DNA of 64,000 nt from NCBI GenBank assembly GCA_951406725.2, contig OX597818.1, positions 20,336,001 to 20,400,000 on the forward strand, in the 5' to 3' direction. A program made the translations under genes and the position numbers. The notes under the pieces are model-generated. The model was not told the origin of the DNA. It did not search any database and worked only from the letters and a program-made list of their open reading frames with translations. This DNA comes from Octopus vulgaris. Lineage: Eukaryota. This document shows positions 25,115 to 39,590 of the stretch, one piece after another (the first letter of the stretch is position 1; every line of letters starts with the position of its first letter).

Positions 25115-26480
25115 ATGGAAGACCTATTAGCTTCCATAGTACAGTTGCAAAAGCAACAAGAGCAGCAACAGGAGATGCAGAAGCAACTATTGCAGCAACA
25201 ACTACTGGAACTATATTCAAAGAAGTCTAAAAATGAGCTAAGTTCGTTTTCGCCAGACGGCGTTTCAAACTTGATTAATGAATTCAGTTATAGCCCAGAG
25301 GAGGGTATAACTTTTGCATCGTACTACAGAAGGTACGAGGAGATTTTTAAGCAAGATTGCAAATCATGGTCGGACGAACAAAAAGTGAGATCGTTATTGC
25401 GAAAATTAACTTCGTTAGAGCCTGAACGTTACTGTAAGTTCATACAGTTCATACAGTTCATACAGAACTTCATGAAAGTTCTTGGAACACTCGTGCTAAT
25501 TAATTGGTGAATTTGTCATCCATTATTCAAGTTCTGATTGAATAACTGCGAATATATTCGCACGAAACATATGGTATCGGATAACTGAATTCTATCAAGT
25601 GTGTGTGTGTGACTGTGCGCACATATACATATATATGTATAAACATATGTATTTATATGCATGCATTGATATATATGTAATTTCATACCGCCCAAAAATC
25701 CCAATGAAATTTGTCTTAAAGAAACAATAGAATTACTGTCTAACATATTCGGTGATAAAACTTCTCTATTTAACACTCGAATGGAGAGTTGGAATATAAG
25801 GAAAAAAGAGAATTATGATCACATACGCAGGAACAGTCAACAGGATGTGTGAAAGTTTTAAACGCCAAGAACTTACACCTGAGATGTTCAAGTGTCTTAT
25901 TTTCGTATAAGGCCTTGCAACAAGCGAAGATGCAAAAATACTCAAGAAAAGGCTTCCTCAAAAATACAGATATACCGACCGGAAAAGTACAACCAAAAAA
26001 GAGCACCATGTCCTAATCGATGTTATGGATGTGGGGACATACATTTCAGAAAAGACTGTCCATTTAAAAATCAAATATGTTACAGTTATCAAAGAATTAG
26101 TCACAAGAGTTCAAACTGCAGAACAAAATTACGAAGGTCAAACTTTAAAAATCCTGCAGTGCTCTCAGCAGAAACAAAAATCGACTCCCAAATAAGAAAA
26201 TTTGTACACGTAAATATAAATGGAATACATATTAGATTTCAATCGGATACTGAAAGTGATATTTCAATAATAAATATGGACACATGGAAGAAAATAGGAA
26301 AACCAATATTGAGAAAAACCGCGAAATCTGTTCGTAGCGTGACGGGCGACAAATTACATTTCATAGGCAAAATATGGATTAATGTCACATTTCAAGTGAA
26401 AACACGCAAGGTGAAAATCTTCTTCGTTAAAAATGCAACCGATCTGTTTGGTACCGATTGATTAGAATTATTCGATTTAT
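25115..26480 (+). pseudogene. Gypsy gag-protease remnant
   Basis: FSYSPEEGITFASYYRRYEEIF..KVRSLLRKL; knuckle CYGCGDIHFRKDC; degenerate protease FQSDTESDISII..LFGTD; interrupted by an insertion at ~25437-25679. Confidence 0.85.
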
Positions 26481-26619
26481 GGGATCTCCCCATAAATCTC
26501 AATTGTAAAAACGTAAATGGATGTCCTTCTAAAAATAATTCGTTTGAAGAGTTAAAGAGGAAATTTTAAAAAAACGTTTCCGCAAGTAATCTCGGACAAA
26601 CAAGGTCCACGCAAGGAGA

Positions 26620-27100
26620 CTGAGCCCATGGTTCAGGATACATATTGACTACGCTGGACCAGTGAACAGCGTATACTATCTAATAGTTGTGGATAACTAT
26701 ACAAAGTTGCCAAAGGTATGCAGATGTAATAAACCCACAGCAAAGACAACAATACAGTTCCTACTCCAGTTATTTGCTCGATACGGTGTTCCAGACACTT
26801 TAGTTTCAGATAATGGAACACAATTCCCGGAATATGAATTAAGAAATTTCTGCAAAATACATGCCATAGAGCACATATTTACCCCTACCACCGGAGGTCA
26901 AATGGGCAGGTAGAAAGATTTATTGACACGTTCAAAAGAGCTCTAAGAAAAGTTAGGAATGATCTAGATTATGACGAGGCACTAACGAAATTTTTTAGAG
27001 TATATAGAATAACGCTAAATCCAAATAATAATTCAGGAAAGTTACCAGCAGAGTTAACGTTCGCGTGTAAAATAAAATCGATCTTCGATAAATTATTGCC
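26620..27100 (+). pseudogene. Gypsy integrase core remnant
   Basis: PWFRIHIDYAGP..YYLIVVD..LFARYGVPDTLVSDNGTQF, frameshift, then NGQVERFIDTFKRAL. Confidence 0.9.
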
Positions 27101-29934
27101 AGGAAAAAATATATATAAAGGAAAGACAAAAAATACATTTGAAGGAAAAATACAAGAAATATTACAGAACATTTCGAAGGTTGATGAAGAAGGTTGGGAA
27201 GATGGTTGTGTAATCAAAAGATTAGGCAACATGATGTATTTAACTGAAGGACAACGTTCGGAGCATAAAAGACACCTTAACAATTTAAAGATGAGACATA
27301 CAGAAGAACGAAGAGTAATTCCAATGGAAGTCTTCTATGATATGTTTGATGTGCCAACATCGAGAGATATTGAACCCCATAGAACTAGATTCAGAAAACG
27401 AAAACAGACTTAATGTCTGAAAGTAATACCTAACCGAAAAAGATACTAAATTTTCAAAACAAGAAAAAAAAAAAGGATAAAGAGTGCAAACAAAAGTGCT
27501 TAGCACAACGAAAAGAGACAGTGCTGTGTGCAACGAATAATACTATCTTAAATGCCGGGCAGCAATTAAGATACAACAGCAAAAAAAGTATGGGTGCTGG
27601 AAAGAAAAAAAATATAAAAGAAATTCCACTTTCTCAAGGTAATCAAAATCTCAAAAGCAGATATGTTGTGATGCAAGTTACGAGGTCTACTTGCGAGAGA
27701 TAGACTGGTTCGAGTAAAGTATAAATAGTAACGATCCGAGTGATTTCACTGTTTGGAGTCGAGGAAAGTTCGTGTTAGTTCGCAGTGAAGTCGAAAGGTG
27801 TCGGTTGGTTAGTTCTCAAGGAATATTGATTGTTGGTTCGTAAAAAGATTTGTTAGTTCGTTACATCGTTGTTACTATTATCTGGTTATCTTATTTATTG
27901 TATGTAACAAATTTCGATACAACAGGCATTTATTGTGGTTTAAAATTTGCGGGCTGATGTTGCGGAGACAGCTATAGCTTACTTTAACAGAATTTATGTC
28001 GAACATTTTATATCTCTGTTTATGGGAAGTTAGTGTTGACTAAGATTAGGAAAAGTCTAACCATGTTTGTTACTTCTCCTCAGCCCATGTATGCATGTTC
28101 ACATGTACGGATATGTACGTGCACATGCACATGGGTTCTGGCATGGATCTCATTGCATACGTAAATCTTATTACACGTTCTGAATATATGTAAGTCTTTA
28201 TGATTAATGGAGGGAAGGGAAAAATTTGCTCTCAGACTTATTTCAAATGCTTTCAACGGAACAGACTTTACTAAAAACACCTAAGAGCCAGGTGATGGTG
28301 TCAAACTGGGAGGTTATGCGGCATTAGAGTATATTCAAAACAGAACACGAAACAAAACCATTTAAAATGAATTTTCGGTTTCGTCTATCTCTCAATTTTA
28401 CTGAAAATTTCTACAAATATATAGTACTGGACTATCTGTGACTAGCTGGGTCACCGGGAAAGTCTGAGTTTCCTAGTAACGGAGATTTTTCAAGTTTTTT
28501 CCAGATTATTTCGCATGCTTTCAACGAATATGACATTGAAATCACGCGTAAACACCAAATCTTTGGAGGTGAGATATGCTGAATGTACTCGAAAAAAACC
28601 ATGAAAAAATTATTTAACACCGAGGGTCTTTTACAAAATATTTACCGCATTTTTAAAGTCATTTTCACTTGTAATGGTACTCACTCGAAAATATTGTCTG
28701 TTTAAAGAAAGCTGAAATATAAATACTTACTGTACAAACAACTTACATTTTTGTAATCACATTCACTTAAAAATATTTCTAAATGATTAAAATATTGTGT
28801 TTAACAAAAGCGAAAATAGAAACATTTACAGTAAAAACAAATTGTATTTTTTCGTCGTCAAGTTACTGTGTATAATCGAAAGGTAGAGTTTCTTCCTTTC
28901 AGGATTAAGTTATTTACGGAATATTTTCCCATTATGCACCGTTTTAGGTATTTATACCTCCGAAAACCTCTAATATCTCAACAACCACTTGTCTGATTTA
29001 AGCGAAACATGTTTTATTCCGTTCGTATTCACATTTCAAAGGCAACTTAATTCATAGTATTTTCCCATTATGCGCCAGTTTGGCTGGATAACATTGCAAG
29101 TAAGCAAGCAAGTAAGTAAGCAAGATTCAAGCTCACTTTTAGATTTCATACCCATTACGAATATTGCAGTTATTTTGAGGGAGAAATTAACAATAAAAGA
29201 TTGACAGTTTTTATAATTTTAACAAATAAGATTTGTCCATTCTCGACATCCTTTCCGGCATACGATGTTATTTTCGTTTCCATAGAAAATAATTGAAACT
29301 ATTTTACGGTTTAGAGCTAGTGTTTAAAGCTTAGGATTTTGTTTAGGATTAAGGTTAGAATTTAGTTTAGGGTTTAGGTTAGGGATTAGGGTTAGCGTTT
29401 AGGATTTGGAATTTGTAGGTGTCGGAAAATTTCATTGCAACCAATAATTTTCTTTCATTTACTTTTATTAAATATTTCCTTCTGTAAAGATTCCATAACG
29501 TGTCTAAAGATCGCTTTGGCAGGAAGAGTATACTTGTCTATTACAAGCAAAATATCACAAAATCTTTCAATCTTTAAAGTTTGTAACGTTCTTATTGATA
29601 ATTTCTCAAAAAAAAAAAGATGAAAATAAATCTTTTATAACATAATTATTACTTAAGGATTTATAAATGATAATTTCAATAGATTGATTTAGTGTATAAT
29701 TATTTAGATAGTTTAGCAAATAGAAATTAATGCGTATTATATAAATAGAGTGTATACAATAGTATTCGTTCACAAAAAATGGCTGTAAATTTCGTAATTG
29801 GCACGAAAAAATTTCACCTGTGAAGAAATTTCCAATAAAATTTAAGGACGTAGTTTAAGTGGAAAAGATCTAAATGCCAGCATCCGTAAAACAAGATTAG
29901 CTACGGAAGTGTTGTTATTAGTAAAATACAAAAT

Positions 29935-30320
29935 GGTGGCGAGCTGGCAGAAACGTTAGCACGCCGGGTGAAAAGCTTAGCGGTATTTCGCCTGCCGTTA
30001 CGTTCTAAGTTCAAATTCCGCCGAGGTCGATTTTGCCTTTCATCCTTTCGGGGTCGATTAAAAGAGTACCAGTTACGTACTGGGGTCGACATAATCGACT
30101 TAATCCGTTTATCTGTCCTTGTTTGTCTCCTCTGTATTTAGCCCCTTGTGGATAGTAAAGAAATAGGTAATACCCATTGCTCCGTTCAGAGTTCAAATTC
30201 TGCCGAGGTCGACTTTCATCCTTTCGGGCTCGATGAAATGAGTATCAGTTGAACACTGAGGTCGATGTAATCGACTCATCCCCTTCCCCAAAACGGCTAC
30301 CCTTGTGGCAAAATTCGGAA
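29935..30320 (+). mobile_element. SINE family B (Meta-domain-like core) with internal tandem duplication
   Basis: GGCGAGCTGGCAGAAACGTTAGCACGCCGG head; core GCCTTTCATCCTTTCGGGGTCGAT..AGTACCAG; many copies in the window. Confidence 0.8.
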
Positions 30321-30749
30321 CCATTATTAGTAAAATACAAAGCGGAAATGAACACGCACAGAGATACAGCATTAGAGGTTATTAAACTATGAAAGTAACT
30401 TGGCGATGAAGATTGCGATGTAAAAACCATGATTTCGCGGTACAGCAATTTGAGCGCCACAGTCACTGCTTCATTCAGAATATGAGATGGAACAAGGTCT
30501 AGAAATGTTAATGGGTTCAGGAAAGAAATCATACATGCTAAGCATAATTGACTAATAAGGAAATACGAAAAATCATTAATAAATAAGATTATATTGGGAC
30601 ACAGCTCTGTGTCAATATAACTTGTTTGTAAGTAGAGCTGTTAAACACACTCTCACACACCGCGCGCACATACACAACAAAAACATACATATCAACTTGC
30701 ATTACCAATACTTATGTACCTATGTATATATGTATGCATGTTTGTAAGC

Positions 30750-30808
<59 letters not shown>

Positions 30809-31484
30809 TGTGTATGTTTGTGTGTGTGCGAGTGAGTGTAAAATATATGCATGCATCTATGTTTGAGTGTGTGTGCATGTGCGTTTTTGTGTGTATGTGC
30901 ATATGTGTGTGTTTGTGTGTGTGTGTGCGTGTGTGTGTGTGTGTACATGGCACGTATAAAGAAAAACTTAAAACTTCCAAATCTACATCACCAACTTCAT
31001 CTTATCACAAAAGCTTTCATCTTTCTCTCTAACCCCTCTCTTCTTTCTCCTTTCTGCCTCTCTCACTTTGCCAAACCTTCACGTCCCCCTGCTAACTTAC
31101 GTATCTAATGACCTCACAGCGTGATGTGTACCCACCGTGACACGGCTACGCACTGACGGCCACATTGCCAATTAGACCCACATGTTTCAACCGAAGGTAC
31201 TAACTTATTCCATTGCCCCCATCTACTCTTTCACCCAACCTCACCTTCCTCTTCCAAAAAGGAAAGCCATATTTCTTAAGTACAAGACATCTTTATTTTG
31301 TAACCAAGAAATGAGAAACAATGGAACCAACTACTGAAATTCCGGCGAGCCTGTGTGGTAAGACGCTTGCTTCCCAATCACATGGTTCTGGGTTCGGTTG
31401 GGCAAGTGTCTTCTAAAGCGGCGGGCCAACCAAAATCTTATGCGTGGAAATGGTAAACGGAAACTGAAAGAAGCCCATCATATA

Positions 31485-31698
31485 CGTGTGGGTGCAGAAA
31501 AGTTCCTGGCTTTAATGATGTCGCGAAAGGCCTGGTTGGAGGCCCAACCTTCCGAGTTCTTTTACATGGTTTAGAAAAACTGAAGGACCGGTGCAATAAG
31601 CGTGTGAATCTGGGCGTCCTCGTTCAATAAAATCATAATTAACTGATACTCCTGTATTTTCTTTTACTCAAAGTCAGGAACTTTTCGGCACACCCTCG
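31485..31698 (+). mobile_element. non-autonomous mariner element
   Basis: TA-flanked TIRs (CGTGTGGGTGCAGAAAAGTTCCTGGCTTT / AAAGTCAGGAACTTTTCGGCACACCCTCG); internal GLEKLKDRCNKRVNL resembles a mariner transposase C-terminus. Confidence 0.7.
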
Positions 31699-33026
31699 TA
31701 TGTACATACATACATGCATATGTATATATATGTATATATATGTGTGTGCGTATGTGTGTGTATGTATGTATATATATGGAACAAAAACGCAATAGAGTGC
31801 ATTGCAACGTTCCGACAGATAGACGATACACAGGTGGACAAGAAAAACAACAATTAGAAGGACAGGCAAAAAAAAAAGACTGGTCATTCTTGACTTTCTT
31901 TCATCAGTCAAGTCCCAGAAGTCATTACCATTTCGGGCAGTTACACTTGAGAGGGTTCGGTCTGGTTGCCCCCAAATATATCTAAGCTAAGAGCATTAGA
32001 CACCTTTGTAAGAAAGCTAGCGAATGTATACGGCAACAAAGACAAATAAATAAATAAACAAAAAAAAAAGGAGAACATGGTACACAATTACGAATACAAA
32101 CAACAAGAATAACAACAGGCATCTTTCAACTGAGAACGAATCAAATTGAGCTGGCGCGTATGAAGTGAAAGCCTAAAAGCAGGAACATGGGAGATGGACA
32201 CAAGAGGTATTGACGGTCGGCAGTCAGGCCAAGAAAGAATGATCATGGCTGGCCAGCAGAAGAAACAGAGTGACTCAAAGTCCAAGTGTCAACGCACAAA
32301 ACTCTTGGACCTTCAGTCACTCTATTACTTCTGCTTAACATTAATAAAAATATACATGTACTCATATTTTGAGTACATATTTGCATCAACATACTCCTCA
32401 TATATATATATATATATATATATAGATATATATATATGTAAAAGTTAAAAAAATATATATAAACTGGGACAAGAACGTGAAACACCAAGAAGACGACACA
32501 AGAACCACAGGACGGGACATTCGAAGCCCTCAGTCATCAGTCAAGAACCGGATCATCTTCGCAATTTCGGCTGATTAATCTTGATGATTGCTCCGACCTG
32601 GGCAGCCACCAAGGGAAATCTAAGCCAAGCGCATTAGATCCCTTGGAAGAAAGCCTCGAATGTATACAACACAAGGACGGAAAACGGACGGTACATTCGC
32701 AATTTACACCCAAAGACAGAGCCAGATCACCTGCAATTTCGCATTTGATTAATCCTCGTCTGTGACTCTAAAAATTTTCACTTTTACTATTTATGGAATC
32801 AGACTCTAATTTCTACGGTAATTCCTATAAACTGACAAGGCGAGGTAGCTTAACCCTAGGCAACCGAGTATGCGTCATCGACTAGCATTAATCAAATGCG
32901 AAATCGCCGGTTATCTGCCTCTGTCTCTGGTGCTATAGGGAGCTTGTCTCTCTTGTCAGTCATTGGATTAGTGCTTCCACGTGGCTAAGATTTTCTAATT
33001 CTGATTTCTTTAGTCACCTTGATGCC

Positions 33027-33067
<41 letters not shown>

Positions 33068-33784
33068 TTCTAGTTATTAATTATTATAAATCTTCCACTG
33101 AGCAGGGAGCCGGTTTCCAACAAAGATGCAAGGCTCCAGACAAATTCACATTTCGAACTTGAGAAAAGTCTTGCATATTTTTACTGCTTCACTCACAGAT
33201 TGCACTTGTAATGTACGAATTAGCCGGCGATTTCTCTTTCTGAAAATCCCAGTTCATCCAGATTCTCCTTGTATGAATGTATGTACGTATGTATGTATGT
33301 CTGTATGTATGTATGTATGTATGTATGTATGTATGTATGTATGTATGTATGTATGTATGTATGTATGTATGTATGCATGTATGTATGTGTGTATATATGT
33401 ATATAATGAGTGTGTGTGTATATATGTGTCTGTCTGCCTTTGTGTTTGTCCCTCATCGACAATTGACAACCGATATTGGTTTGTTTGCGTCCCCATAACT
33501 TTGCGTTGCTGCAAAAAAAAATTCAATAGGATAAGTACAAGACTCAAGAAATAAGTACTAGGACCGATTTGCTCAGCAAAAACCATCAAGGTGGTATCCC
33601 AGCATAGTTGTAGTCCAATGACTAAAACATGTAAACCATAAAAGATTATATTACTGCTAGAGTTCCACTGAAATCTCTTTTTTTGTTTGTTTTTAACTAG
33701 AAAATAAAAGGGTAAGAGAAAACTCAGCTGGTGTATTGGTTTGAAATGCTTGAATCTACACTGGGTGTCGCAAGACATTTAAAT

Positions 33785-34348
33785 GCAGCGAGCTGGCAGA
33801 AACGTTAGCACGCCGGGCAAAATGATTAACGGCATTTCGTCTGCCGTTACGTTGTGAGTTCAAATTCCGCCGAGGTCGACTTTGTCTTTCATCCTTTCGG
33901 GGTCGATAAATTATATACCAGTTACGCACTAGGGTCGATATAATCGACTTAATCCGTTTGTCTGTCTTTGTTTGTCCACTCTGTGTTTAGCCCCTTGTGA
34001 GTAGTAAAGAAATAGGTATTTCGTCTGCCGCTACGTTCTGAGTTCAAATTCCGCCGAGGTCGACTTTGCCTTTCATCCTTTCAGGGTCGATTAAATAAGT
34101 ACCAGCTACGTACTGGTGTCGACATAATCGACTTAATCCCTTTGTCTGTCTTTGTTTGTCCTCTCTGTGTTTAGCCCCTTGTGAGTAGTAAAGAAGTAGG
34201 TATTTAGTCTGCCGCTACGTTCTGAGTTCAAATTCCGCCGAAGTCGACTTTGCCTTTCATCATTTCGGATGGTGTCGACATAATGGACTTAATCCCTTTG
34301 TCTGTCCTTGTTTGTCCCCTCTATGTTTGTGGGCAATAAAGAAATAAG
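33785..34348 (+). mobile_element. SINE family B tandem multimer (about 3 units of ~183 bp)
   Basis: TCTGCCG(C/T)TACGTT..GAGTTCAAATTCCGCCGA repeats at ~33840, 34024 and 34208. Confidence 0.85.
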
Positions 34349-35614
34349 CATGTTGGCTCAACTGCTTTATCATACAATTTCAGTTATATACATGTGTGTG
34401 TGTGTGTGTGTGTGCGCACGCGCGTGTGTGTGTGTGCGCGCGCGCGCGTGTGTGTGTGCGTGCGCGTATGTATATGCACATGCATATGCGCACATGTGTA
34501 AGTGCACCATCTCAAATAGCCAGCAAAGTTTTAATGTAGGAGTAGCATGTACATATTCACTCTTTCTGTGCGAACGACAACATCGTTGGTGATAGAATTC
34601 CAACGGACCAATCAATGGTTCACTGCGTTTTCGACGGTGCCGGTGTCAAAGGAATGTTAATGTAATTACCTACAGAACAAATAATACAAGGAACTTCGTT
34701 CGAAAACCACCGGTTTTTCTCCGTCTTCTCAAAATATTTAACATTTGCCACGAATAATCACTGATTATAAACAGATACTACATACATACATACATACATA
34801 CATACATACATACATACATACATACATACATACATACATACGTACGTACGTACGTACGTACGTACGTACATAAATACATATACACATACGTACATGTATA
34901 AATACGTAGGTACAGGCATAAATACATACATATATTTATGCGTACGTACGTACATGCACATACATTCACATGCATACATACATACATTTATACATACATA
35001 CATACATACATACATACATACATAAATACATACATACTTACATACGTACGTACATGATTGCTGTCCATTCGTGACCGAAGAAGACTACCACTGACCATTG
35101 CCCACGCAAAACGTCCGCAATACCCTAGAGACATGCTTTAACAAAAGCTGAGAGATGATACATACATACATACATACATACATACATACATACATACATA
35201 CATACATACATACATACATACATACATAATGGCAATCGACTCGGGACCAAGTAAGATTACTTCCTAGACCTATTTCTCTCTAAGAAACAGCTCACGTGGA
35301 CTTAATCGCAGAACGTAAAACCGGATGTAATACAGCTGATCATTTCGCCCGGCATGCTGACGATTCTGCCATCTCGCCGCCTTAGTGTGCGCATGTATTA
35401 TCAGTGAATGTACCTAATGTGGGTGTGTGTCCTAGTGGTTAGGGTCCTGCATTGAAGATCGTGAGATCATGAGGTCAATTTCCAGACGGAGAAATGTTCT
35501 TGAGCAAAACTCTTCAACACACGTAAGTCTGCGATCACTTTGATATCTGAGGTGTGGCACACCGTGAACAGGCACTGTCGATTTGATGGGGAGAATGACC
35601 CAATGTACAAATAG

Positions 35615-35789
35615 CACGCAGGAGTGACTGTGTGGTAAGTAGCTTGTTTACCAACCACATGGTTCCGGGTTCAGTCCCACTGCGTGGCATCTTGGGCAAG
35701 TGTCTTCTGCTATAGCTCCGGGCCGACCAATGCCTTGTGAGTGGATTTGGTAGACGGAAACTGAAATAATCCCGTCGTATATATGTATG

Positions 35790-35826
<37 letters not shown>

Positions 35827-36035
35827 TTGTGTTTGTCCCCCTAGCATTGCTTGACAACCGATGCTGGTGTGTTTACGTCCCCATCACTTAGCGGTTCGGC
35901 AAAAGAGACCGATAGAATAAGTACTGGGCTTACAAAGAATAAGTCCCGGGGTCGATTTGCTCGACTAAAGGCGTTGCTCCAGCATGGCCGCAGTCAAATG
36001 ACTGAAACAAGTAAAAGAGTATAAGAGTAAAAGAG
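35615..36035 (+). mobile_element. SINE family A, well-preserved long copy
   Basis: tRNA-like head GGTTCAGTCCCACTGCG, internal (TA)/(TG) tract, (GAGTAAAA)-like tail. Confidence 0.8.
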
Positions 36036-36495
36036 TTTGATTACTATGAGCAAATCATCTGTGCAAGTTGCTCAGCAAGAAATTGCTGAATTTTCAGCAA
36101 TCATCTGCAACAGGAGAACCCACGGTATGTATGTATGTATGTATGTATGTATGTATGTATGTATGTATGTATGTATGTATGTGTGAGTGCGTGTGTGTGT
36201 GTGTGTGTGTGAGTGTGTGCGCGCGCCCGTGCATGCGTGTGTCTGTCTCTCTGCATGTATGCGTATATGGGCAAATAGCTTTTCAATAGTTCCGTGCAGA
36301 CTAATGTCTTGTGAGTTGATGAGAAAAGTGCTGAAGCTCGTTGAACGCACCCATACACACACATAGTGTTTAGCATAAAATAACAAATATGCTTACTGTA
36401 TTTTGATGCTTCGCGTCGTACTGCACAGGAGAGGAGTGTCAGACGTACTACTGAACCCGAATTTCCGTTACGTGTCACGCTTTACAGCGCATATG

Positions 36496-36533
<38 letters not shown>

Positions 36534-36622
36534 CACACCACACACACTCTATTGTCTCTCTCCCTATATATATCTATATGTATGTATATATGTATGTAAG
36601 CATGTTTGTATGTATATATCTA

Positions 36623-36655
<33 letters not shown>

Positions 36656-36666
36656 CTCTCTCTCAC

Positions 36667-36767
<101 letters not shown>

Positions 36768-38209
36768 ATATATATATATATAATATATATATATGTATGT
36801 ATGTATGTATGTGTATGTGTGTGTGCAGAGGCTTTAATAGTAGGTCATAACATTTGTTTCTGCGTCATACACCAGCTTTAAGTTGCTGAGTTTATATTCA
36901 TATACCATTAGACAAGGTCAATCTTTATAATTGCGATTTTTCTGAATATTCAGGGTATATGACGTACATTTCTTTCAACCAATCAGATTGTTAGATTCTC
37001 CTGGAATGCAAGCATAAACATATAACTAAACTTACGATAATATCACCAACAATAATAATAATAACAGAAATAAGACGACTTCCAAGGCTTCTTGAGTGGA
37101 GGTGGTTGTTAAATAAAAATGTTAGCAACGCCTTTTACTAAGCGGTGGACGAGGTTTCAGAAGAGTAAATATAAAATAAAATAAAAATTATAGAAATATA
37201 TTTTATAAATAAATGTGTGTGTGTATATCTCTTATATAAAATCCGTTCTGTCTGTCTGTCTTCTCGGGTCTCGGGCATCCTCCATCCGATTGCGCTCAAA
37301 TTCGATATGTAGATACCGACGGTATCAGGGCGTGGATAAGTCTTGAAAAAATTACAAAAATCGATTCCAGGTGAGAATGCGATCGATAAAGCCGTTTTTG
37401 TCCTGCTTTTCTTCCGTCAACCTGTACATAACTGCACCTTCCATTTTTTGTTGTTTTTGTACTGCTTAAATGCACGTTTCTTTCCTGCCAAGCTTTCTGT
37501 TTAAACCATGTTTCTGTTGTCGCAGTCAACAGCCCTATCATTACTGGTACTTTAAATTCTTCGGTTGCATATTTGTGTGAATAAAATCATTTTTCTTTGG
37601 AATAGAAAAAAAGTCGATCTTTATTTCTTCTTTTGCTGGTGTCTCAAATTTAGGTTAAATTAGTGTTTCTCAAAGGGGAGGCCTATGGGACAGTCGGACA
37701 AGTTGTTTTGAGAAAATTTGGTTTAAATGTTTGACAACTCAGCACCGTCCATTGGATGGAGGCGTTTTGCTCGTATATACATATAAAGTCATACATGAAA
37801 AAGAAATTGACGAAATTTTATTTAACAATAGGAAATTCAAATATCACGACAAATTATTGTGTAACTTAAAAATATATAAATAATTTATGTTATTATATTT
37901 AATAATAAATAAATAAATTACTGTATTTTGCATTAATGCAGACATGTAAGTAATTTATTTATTATTGAATATAATAATATAAATTATTTATATGTTTTTA
38001 AGTTACGAAACAATTTGTTGTGATATATGAAATTTCTTACTGTTAAATAAAATTTCATCAAACTATTTCTCTGTCATTTATGATTTTATACACAACTTAT
38101 CCTTTCATCTTGTATCGTAATATATATTCTATATGTTTTGCAGAATAATACAGCAAGGGGCTTCATTGTATGAGTACTACCGGAGTACTTGAATCCATAT
38201 ACTGTGACT

Positions 38210-38372
<163 letters not shown>

Positions 38373-38415
38373 GAAAGTTGGTTTGTGAAAGCACGTGGTT
38401 GAATATATAGAAAAT

Positions 38416-38763
38416 AGTAAAAAGTGAAAAAACTACAGAAGGCTTAAAGGTTAAAAAATATATATTTGAGTCAATATGTCTGAAGAATATTAAAATTTTT
38501 TTTCCCTACAATGACATAGTTTAGAAGAAAGACCGGTTTCGCGTTTAGCTTTTCAAATTTCTTACGACGTTATGTTTATGTTGAACGATAACTCTGTTCA
38601 ACATAAACATAACGTCGTAAGAAATTTGAAAAGCTAAACGCGAAACCGGTCTTTCTTCTAAATTATGTCATTGTAGGAAAAAAATTTAATATTCTTCAGA
38701 CATATTGACTCAAATATATATTTTTTAACCTTTAAGCCTTCTGTAGCTTTTTCACTTTTTACT
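38416..38763. mobile_element. near-perfect inverted pair of PLE-like terminal fragments
   Basis: ~170-bp arms with a 9-nt spacer at 38587-38595; flanked by microsatellites. Confidence 0.8.
38619..38657 (+). ncRNA. ultra-minimal hammerhead motif (U3-A8, 2-bp stem II); mirror copy at 38525-38563 (-)
   Basis: AAGAAA-T-TTGAAAA-GC-TAAAC-GC-GAAA-CCGG-TC-TTTCTT. Confidence 0.65.
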
Positions 38764-38765
38764 TT

Positions 38766-38891
<126 letters not shown>

Positions 38892-39419
38892 TACTAGCAG
38901 ATACCAGGCGTTGCTCGGGATTAAAATGGCATAGTTTTTTAATTGTTTTACTTGTTTCGGTTATGTGACTGCAGACATGCTGGAGCACACGCGTTAGTCG
39001 AAGAAATTAAACCCATGATTTATTCTTTGTAAACCTAGTACTTATTCTGTCGGAGGGTTTTGCCAAACGGCTAAGTTAAGAGGACATAAACATAGCAACA
39101 TCGGTTGTCAAGTGATGGTGGGGGTAGACAAACACACACACACACATATATATATGATATATATGCATATATATATACATACATATATATACACACATAT
39201 ATATGAATACATATATATATACATATATATATACACATATATACATATATAAATAAATATATATATACATATATATACATGGATATACATATGTATATAT
39301 ATACACATATATACATATACATGTATATATATATACATATATATATGTACATATATATACATGTATGTATACATGTATATATATATATACATATATGTAT
39401 ATACACAGTATATATATGC

Positions 39420-39477
<58 letters not shown>

Positions 39478-39590
39478 GTGTGTGTATACATAGTACAAAG
39501 TATGATAGGGGTTATGGGTGTAACCCACTATGGGATATCATTAATCCAATATAGTGTTGGTAAAGTAGCCCCGCAAGCCGGGATAAGGCA

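Larger units (their letters stand above)
24789..27924 (+). mobile_element. internally deleted Ty3/Gypsy LTR retrotransposon (Mag-like)
   Basis: Diverged LTRs 24789-25044 and 27664-27924 (TGTTGT...ACAACA); PBS TGGCGACGAGG at 25047 (tRNA-Ser-like); TSD GACAT/GGCAT; gag, protease and integrase remnants but no RT or RNase H. Confidence 0.9.

Noticed and set aside
29330-29410. TTAGGG-like cluster as a telomere relic
   Set aside because: Short and highly degenerate; such tracts are common inside repeats.
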